A stretch of 64,000 bases of DNA from Octopus vulgaris (taxonomy: Eukaryota): the NCBI GenBank assembly GCA_951406725.2, contig OX597837.1:38378001-38442000 (forward strand). The letters run 5' to 3'. The notes under the pieces are model-generated. The model was not told the DNA's origin, ran no database searches, and worked only from the letters and a program-made list of their open reading frames with translations. Both the position numbers and the translations under genes were made by a program. Positions 55,626-64,000 of this stretch are shown here, one piece after another. The stretch's first letter is position 1, and the number at the start of each line of letters is the position of its first letter.

Positions 55626-56551
55626 GTTTAGAAATAAAATATTAACCCGAGAAACGACGTACTGTGATTGGTTTATTGTTATTTCGTTAATTACTTGTTA
55701 ATTAGTCCGAAAGAAGAGCCATTTGTTGATTGGATTGGGTTTAGCACACCACTACCACCAACACCACTACAACCATCACGGTCAACGCTACTACTGTCGT
55801 CGCCATCATGACCACCGACACCGCCACGACCACCACCACCACCAACACCATCTCCACAATTATCAGCACCACGGCAGGTGGTGAGGGTGGTGGTGGGAGG
55901 TATTAGTGCCACAGGTGACGAGGGTGGTGATGGTGATGGTAGTGGCCGTAGTAGTGATAGAATTGATGGTGATGGGGTAGCAGTGGTGGTGGTGGGAAGG
56001 CTCTGTTAGTAGTGACGATGGTGGTGGTGGTAGTAGTGGTGGTGGTGGTGGTGGTAGTGTTGGTGGTGATGGTGGTGGTGGTGGTAATGGGGCTGTGTTA
56101 GTAGTGGTGGTGGTAGTGGTGGTGGTGGTGGTGGTGGTGGTGGTGGTGGTGGTGGTGGTGGTGGTGGTGGTGGTGGTGGTGATGGTGGTGGTGGTGGTAA
56201 TGGGGCTGTGTTAGTAGAAGGCGATGGTAGTGGTGGTGGTAGTGGTGGTGGTGGTGGTGGTGGTGGAAGTGGTGGTGGTGGTGGCTGCGGCGGCGGTGTG
56301 TGTGTGTGGCTTACAGATATCTAGTTACATGGAGGGCACTGGATATTGGTCAACAAGAAGAAGTAGTGGAGGAGGAGGCAGAGGAGGAGGGTGGGATGAA
56401 GAAGAAGGGGAGGTGGACAAAAATACGTGGAGAAGGATGAGGAGGAGGCGGAGGAGGAGGGGGAGGAGGTGTGGATGAATTAAAACTAGGAAAGATATAT
56501 GACAATCAGAAAGAAACCTTATTTGCAAGAATAACAGAAAAACGCCAAAAG

Positions 56552-56589
<38 letters not shown>

Positions 56590-56868
56590 ATAATATACAG
56601 ATACACATATGTAGACACACGCACACACACAGATTCACGGCAATTGAGGGGGCAGGAGAGGAAGCAATAAAGGCACATACACGTACATACGTATGCATGT
56701 ACACGCATACGCAATACACACTACCACATATATCTACACGCGCATACATACGTACACACATGTACAGATACATAGACAGATAGATAGATAGATAGAGAGA
56801 GAAAGAGAGGGACAAAGAGAGAGACAAAGAGAGAGAGACAGAGGCAGATATATAAATATATATATATA

Positions 56869-56992
56869 TATCACCGTGATCACCGTGACCGACCAGGCTA
56901 TCAGATGATGCTACACATCGCTGGTCACAATGCGCTTTGCATTGTTTTAGCCTACAAATGACGCCACCCCTGGCTAGGCGGGCAGGCCAATA
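56869..56992 (-). mobile_element. 3' fragment of a retroposon with tandem cacggtgat tail
   Basis: Minus strand ends ...ggtcggtcacggtgatcacggtgat, embedded in (TA)n. Confidence 0.5.
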
Positions 56993-57039
56993 CATATATA
57001 TCTGTCTGTCTGCCTCTGTACATATATATATATATAAAT

Positions 57040-57077
<38 letters not shown>

Positions 57078-57116
57078 GCAGATAAATAAATAGATATAGA
57101 TAGATAGATAGATAAT

Positions 57117-57220
<104 letters not shown>

Positions 57221-57529
57221 CGCACAAAAACATGCATCATTCCACTAGTAAAATCCATTGTTGGATAAGCTTGCTTGTGAATCTTGTTTCGTGTACATAT
57301 ATATATATGTATGCCCGTATGTATGTATGTGTCGATCTATATACGTGTGTATGTATGCATGTATGTGTGTTTGTATGTCAGTATATTTGTGTGTCAGTTG
57401 GGGGAGGGGGTTATCTGTTTCTTGTACAGCCAATAGATGGCGCTTGTTGCGTTTGAGCTTATACATGAATGGGAGGGCTATGCCGCTGGAACAGCCAATA
57501 ATTGAAACTTGATTCCGCTATATATACAT

Positions 57530-57587
<58 letters not shown>

Positions 57588-57698
57588 TGTGTGTGTGTGT
57601 GTACCTCAATAAACATACATATATATATGCATATATATACATACATATATATTTGTGAGTACATGTATGTATATATATATACACACACACTTATATGT

Positions 57699-57754
<56 letters not shown>

Positions 57755-57971
57755 GCGTGTATAAATCCACGAATGGGAGGACTCGGTTGAGAGGACAACC
57801 AGTCATTGGACTGCTTGGATGATATGAGTTCGTGCGCATGCGTATGCGTGTGCGCGTGCGTGTGTCTATGTATGTATGTATGAATGTATGTATGTGTGTA
57901 TGTGTGCTTAAGTGTGTGAATGTGTCAGACAGAGTGTGAGACCGGTTGTGTATGTATGTGTATGTATATAC

Positions 57972-58028
<57 letters not shown>

Positions 58029-58558
58029 CATATATATGTATGTATGTGTGCATATATATTTATATGCCATGGGTCTTGTGTGTACGTAGGAGAGAGTGAG
58101 ATAGTGGCAGTGAGAGAGAGTGTGTTGGTGGCGGTGAGAGGAGGTCTTGGCAAAGTCAAGTCAGGCAACAAAAGCACAATAAGAAAAAAAAACCTAACTT
58201 CTTCCAAATGGCTGGCAGCTGTTGGCAAGTCAATATGTCTGACGTAATAAAAGGAGGGTGGGGGGGAGAATATAAAGAGAGAGAGATAGGGAGTAGGGGG
58301 TGGGGAGTAGGAAGGAGATATGGGACGTAGGAGTAGGGGAGAAGTAAGAGTGACGTCGCGGGTAGGGGAGGGAGAAGTAAATAGCGGAAGGTGACAAACA
58401 GATTGGGATAAAACATGATTGTAGAGAGAGGAGGAGGGAGATATGGTAGGAGGCAGAACAGAACTTGGGTGCATATATATACATATACATATACATATAC
58501 ATACACACACACACATATATATATATATACACCTACACACATACATATATACACATAT

Positions 58559-58599
<41 letters not shown>

Positions 58600-58647
58600 C
58601 ACACATATACATATACATATATATACATATGCATATATGCATATATA

Positions 58648-58691
<44 letters not shown>

Positions 58692-58892
58692 CATATATAT
58701 ATATATATACATACTTATATATATATTCACATACATATATATATACATACATATACATATATATATATATGCATGCATACACACACATGTGCTTATACAT
58801 TTATCTGCATACACACACACAAACACAAACATATATGTATATGTATGTATATATGTATATATACACATATATGTATATGTATGTATACACAT

Positions 58893-59262
58893 AGGCGCAG
58901 GAGTGGCTGTGTGTTCGGACACTTGCTTCCCAACCACATTGTTCTAGGTTCAGTTCCACTGCGTGACACTTCGGGCAAGTGTCCTTTACTATAGCCTCAG
59001 GCCTACCAAAGCCTCGATAGTGAAATTGAAAGAAGCCCGTCTTATGTATATGTGTGTCTGTGTGTATGTGTGAGCGCGCGTGTGTGTGTGTTGTGTGTGC
59101 GTGTGTGTGTGCGCCCCCCATCACCGTTTGATAACCGGTGCTGGTTATGTATGTATGTATTTATGTGTATGTGTTTGTCCCCCCCAACATCGCTTGACAA
59201 CCGATGCTGGTGTGTTTACGTCCCCGTAACACTTAGTGTTTCGGCAAAAGAAACCGATAGAA
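58893..59262 (+). mobile_element. SINE family A, 3'-truncated by the Penelope-like element
   Basis: Head ggcgcaggagtggctgtgtg; tail stops at ...accgatagaat. Confidence 0.8.
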
Positions 59263-59263
59263 T

Positions 59264-61474
59264 AGAATCATTTTCGCTTGACAAAAAGGTTTAACAAACA
59301 AAGAATGTGACTACCTAACCCACTTCGATTGCATGACTAGCTACTTCGACGGTCCCCCCCAAATATCCATAAGAATCAACCTATTAAGAATGCATGTAAT
59401 GAACCAACTTCAAGTTGCATAAACATACAATATCCCACCGACCTTAAATGTAGCCCAATGGTAGCTGGCCCGAACTGTGAAACACACAGAATCAGAAACT
59501 TCTTAGATATATTACTGAAACCTATTTCAAATTGCATACCAAGTCTTGTAAGAGACGATCTGGACTTGTTAAATCACTTCCCAAAATCCATAACCAATAA
59601 TACCACTATTGTATGTTTTAATGTGGTAAACCTCTATACCACAATCCCTCATCAATATGGACTAGAGGCAATAGATTTCTGACTTGAAAAATTCCCTCAT
59701 GAAATTCCAGAAAGAATTTAAAAGAGTTTCATCACTAAAGAATTTAACTTCATCCTCGAAAACAACTTTTTTGACTTCGATGGCAATGTTTATGGAACTG
59801 CGATGGGAACAAAAGTTGCACCGACTTACGCCAATCTAGTCTTGGCATACATCGAAGTCTAGATATATGAACAATCTAAATTAAAATATGGCTTGGACTT
59901 CCACAAATATCTACTAGAAACTGGAAACGTTACCTAGATGACTGTCTAATCTTGTGGACGAACACATTTGAATAATTTATAGATTTCAAAAACCCAATCA
60001 ACAGCATAAACAACAATATCAACCTTACCATGGAATGCAGTATAATTTAACTACCATTCCTGGATATACTAATCATCAAGAGAGATAAAATCATTGAAAC
60101 AGACATTCACTACAAACATATTCTAAATAGTACCTATTTTTCTCCTCATGCCACCCCAAACACACGAAGAATAATATTCCCTTTAATCTAGCAAAAAGAA
60201 TCTGTACAATTGCCTCAAACCCTGAAACTCGCAATAAAAAAATCCAGAAACTAAACCAAATACGACTTAAGAGACAATATCCATTAATATTAATAGGCAA
60301 CGGAGTAGAACGTGCCAAAGCAATAAATATCCAAGAACTACGAAAAAATGCTCCAGATACATCCAATAATCTACCATTTATTACAACACACAACCTATGA
60401 AACACAGAGGTTTACAATATTTATCCACCAGAACATCCACAACTAAGACAAGACTCAAGATTGAAAAAAGCATTCGAAATATACAAAAAAGATCAAAAGT
60501 AAATGACAATCAAAGTCCCTCAAAAAATTCCTTGAAAGTACTAAATTACCTTCCGCAGTTTCCACACCAACAGTCAAAGAGTGTGACCGCCCCAACTGCA
60601 GGACTTGCATCAATTTTATTGAAAACATAACATAAAATTCAAATCACGGGAGCTTTTTACCGTAAAAATCATTTTACATGTTCTTCAATGTATTTAATAT
60701 ACACTATGAAATGTCAAGAATGTAATGAAGGTTACATAGGTCAATCAAAGCTTACTCTAAGAAATAGACTGACCATTCATCGACAACAAATACAAGACTC
60801 CAATACTAGACAGATTCAACTGAATGGACACATAGACATATGTGCAAAAAAATAAGTCCTTCAAATTCCAGGTCTACCCACTCTACCTATGTTCAGTGAA
60901 TACCACCTATGAAGCACGGATGAACAATGAAAATACTTTCATAAAAGAATATAAATTAAAACTTAAATTTTAACAGAGTAGATCCACACATAACAATTCA
61001 CACATGAAACTCATTCTGCCACTTAACATGAGGAACCTACACAGCTAACAACCTAAACTTTAGCCAGTAGACTACATACAAACGACTCCTGTCCACTCCT
61101 CCTCTAGGAAGATTGAATTTAGAGTGCCTTGATTATAACTAAACATGTTCACTTCACCGTGTCGGCCTTTATTTTAGACACAAAATATACTGTAACGTGA
61201 CACTAACGCACGGACGTAGCAGGAAACGCACAGAAGGTTCTAAACTTAATCACGTGTTTATTCTCTACAAACACTTGACAGAAATCATTCAGAGCATTGA
61301 TTGTTTGGTAGTCACTAGACATATTCAGTCAACCGTGTCAGCCTTAACTTACAAAAATTGTAACTTGATACTAACACACGGACGTAGCGGGGAATTTACA
61401 AAAATATCTAAGACCAGTCATGTGACTAATCTCTACCAATCAAATCCGATTCAAAACGCATTGTGAACTTCTAG

Positions 61475-61480
<6 letters not shown>
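59264..61480 (+). mobile_element. 5'-truncated Penelope-like retrotransposon (Neptune-like)
   Basis: RT + GIY-YIG remnant followed by a 3' region with an imperfect internal duplication (~61150-61290 vs ~61330-61470), ending in (TA)n. Confidence 0.88.
59335..60973 (+). pseudogene. Penelope-like RT / Cys-rich linker / GIY-YIG endonuclease, disrupted
   Basis: FNVVNLYTTIP, GTAMGTKVAPTYAN (~59794), WKRYLDDC (YLDD 59931-59942), LPFLDI, SCHPKHTKNNIP, ECDRPNCRTC linker (~60579), LIYTMKCQECNEGYIGQS (~60694); several stops and frameshifts. Confidence 0.92.
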
Positions 61481-61573
<93 letters not shown>

Positions 61574-61684
61574 ATGTATGTATGTATGTATGTATGTATG
61601 TATGTATGTATGTATGCATGCATGTATGTATGTATGTATATGTATGTGTGCATATATATATACATACATACATACATACATACA

Positions 61685-61718
<34 letters not shown>

Positions 61719-61748
61719 CATACATACATACATACATACATACATACA

Positions 61749-61780
<32 letters not shown>

Positions 61781-61975
61781 CATTCATACATACATACATA
61801 TATATATGAAAAATAGAAGTTCACAGTGCATTTTGGATCGGATTTGATTGGTAGAGATTAGTCACATGACTGGTCTTAGATATTTTTGTAAGTTCCCCGC
61901 TACGTCCGTGTGTTAGTATCAAATTACAATTTTTTGCGTCGTAAGTTAAGGCTGACACGGTTGACTGAATATGTC
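61318..61975. repeat. ~160-bp inverted repeat around a partly self-complementary microsatellite
   Basis: 61318-61480 is a near-identical reverse complement of 61807-61975; spacer is (TA)n,(TATG)n,(TACA)n. Confidence 0.93.
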
Positions 61976-62115
61976 AAGAGCATGTAAAGAACAAAAAAGT
62001 TTAACAAGTTCATTGAAATATTGGGCACAAAAGATTACAACAAATATATTGTAATCTTTTGTGCCCAATATTTCAATGAACTTGTTAAACTTTTTTATGT
62101 TCTTAACATGGTCTT
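61976..62115. repeat. ~65-bp fold-back, right arm duplicated again at ~62274-62340
   Basis: ...gttcattgaaatattgggcacaaaagattacaa-caaatata-ttgtaatcttttgtgcccaatatttcaatgaac... Confidence 0.93.
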
Positions 62116-62414
62116 GTCACCAAAGAATGTATATATATGGATTGTAGTACTCTGTGTCAACCAATATTCTGTGCGTGTTTGAATATACAGATACAATACC
62201 AATATCCCACTGAATTTTTAATAATTCCTTCTGGAAACTATCTTTAACATGTTCTTGAGAATGTATATTTATGTTGTAATCTTTTGTGCCCAATATTTTA
62301 AGGAACTTGTTAAACTTTTTTATGTCCTTAACATGTTCTTGTTACCAAAGACTGTATATATGTAATGTAGCATTTTGTAACAACCAATAATTAACGCAAC
62401 CAAACTTCTACATG

Positions 62415-62459
62415 TTACTTTTGACAATCTTTTTCCAAAGAGTGAAACCGGTAAAGTAA
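62415..62459 (+). ncRNA. Decayed minimal hammerhead motif
   Basis: ttactt-TTGACAA-tctttttccaaagagt-GAAAC-cg-GTA-aagtaa; stem I 6 bp perfect, stem II tcttt/aaaga, core with two transitions. Confidence 0.6.
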
Positions 62460-62540
62460 ATAAACATCTTTTAAAATTGCATTTTCAAACCTTCTTTCGT
62501 ATATAATTCCACTCGTGCGGTACCCTACAACTCCACTTTG

Positions 62541-62622
<82 letters not shown>

Positions 62623-63335
62623 GCATATCTGGGCACAGGACATCATGAAATGTGTACTACTACAAAAAATACGAAGCAAAAGTACATGGAACATGAAATA
62701 TTCTTTCGAACGACGAAAGACACAAATGGGAAATAATACAAAAAACAGAAAGAACGACCCTTCATTGTTGGCTGTTTTTCTAGTCTTTCGAGCATATAAG
62801 AACAATATAAGAACAATATTCGATAAAACAGTTGCTCTCACAAAGCAAATTAAATATAATTTGGGATTTTGCGTAGGGTTAAAATAAGTAACACAAACAG
62901 GACAGTGAAAACAAACAGGAAGGGCTTCTACGCCTAAACGAGGTTGTGGTGGCGAACGCGTAAATCAAGCTTGTACAGGAGACAAACAAGAACACGTCTT
63001 CCTTGTTCCAGCTACAATGGGAGAGAAAGAAAGAGACAGAAATTGGGAGAAGAAAGATGGCCGATTGTCACGTGGGAGCCACATGAGCAAGGGAGGAGGA
63101 GTAAGGGAGAGAGAGTGACAGAGTAACAGGAATGAATAGTGGGGGAAGAGTAGGTAAAAGAATAAGAGAGAGAAAGAGAGAAAAATATGCTAAAGATGTG
63201 GCAAGGCAATTTGACGTCTATCTTTAGCATATTAGGAATCCACTTTGGTGGTCATTCCTCTTATATTTGTTTGTAATATACATGTGTATATATGTACGTA
63301 TGCGTATATGTGTGTGTATGTATATATCTATGTAT

Positions 63336-63886
63336 GTCAGGTCACTTTAGAGTGTTACTGGTAACATGTAATCCAGTACAACCTGTTGCATGGTCGGGTC
63401 GTCGGCGACTAAACCGGCAACCCCACCAAATTGCTTGGTGAGGAGGGTGTTTATTGGACACCCTGCAGGATGAAAAACAAAACCCGTCAAAGAGCGGAGG
63501 AACTCTTGAGAATCAACGACCATCCAATAGATGTCTTAAGGCTGTATCATGCGCGGGGACATAGAAATAATCGGACTGAATACCCGATCGCGCAGTTAAA
63601 CTATTGGGAGTGAAGGACTCCTAGCCTTTGTTAGGGCATCCTTCTAGGAGAAGGTAACTCAGGTAACTGGGATAAGTCCGACATAAAACCTGCGGCTCAG
63701 TGGTTACCGATGATGTTGACTTTTTCTTCTTTTCAGATTATGGCTGCTGTTGCATAGTGAGAGGGTTTGACTCAGTGCATAGCCTTTCCTCACTTTAAAA
63801 AAATCTTCTTGCACAGGCATTGCACGATAACAACATTGATTAAGCTTCGTGCAATGGCCATACTCGATAACGACGGGGCAGCCACC
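63336..63886 (+). mobile_element. RTE-like LINE 5'UTR-derived non-autonomous repeat
   Basis: gggcatccttctaggagaaggtaactc...aaacct resembles the conserved RTE 5'UTR motif; partial second copy at 4785-4977. Confidence 0.55.
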
Positions 63887-64000
63887 ATATATATATGTAT
63901 GTATATGCATATATCACTGTGACGAAACAGGGGCTGTGGGGGTGCAGGCAAACACTCCCCCCAGTTCGTCGTAGGGTGACCCATTTGTTGCTTAGTAGAC

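Overview
Repeat-saturated, AT-rich eukaryotic DNA with no intact protein-coding gene. The (TA)n/(CA)n/(TATG)n/(GAT)n/(AAT)n microsatellite load and the tRNA-derived SINE families strongly suggest a coleoid cephalopod, most likely Octopus (inference, no database search run). Nearly all ORFs in the supplied track (YIYI, THTH, VCVC, DDDD, MMMM) are microsatellite translation artefacts. The real coding remnants are all transposon-derived: a full-length IR/DR-type Tc1 (DD34E) killed only by in-frame stops, an internally deleted mariner, a Buster/Charlie-type hAT, two R4/Dong-like RLE non-LTR fragments, and a Neptune-like Penelope element (RT + GIY-YIG). The most interesting signal is a dispersed set of short inserts, mostly in or beside (TA)n tracts, carrying type I hammerhead-ribozyme motifs (CUGANGA...GAAAC...GUH). 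Their stems are unrelated in sequence yet still base-pair, and several lie in fold-back structures, including a perfect 110-bp inverted repeat with a hammerhead on each strand. This resembles Penelope pseudo-LTR minimal/dimeric hammerheads. Also notable: a ~41-bp-phased E-box/CCAAT array, a candidate 81-nt poly-Ala exon next to it, and many inverted repeat pairs that would form dsRNA if transcribed.
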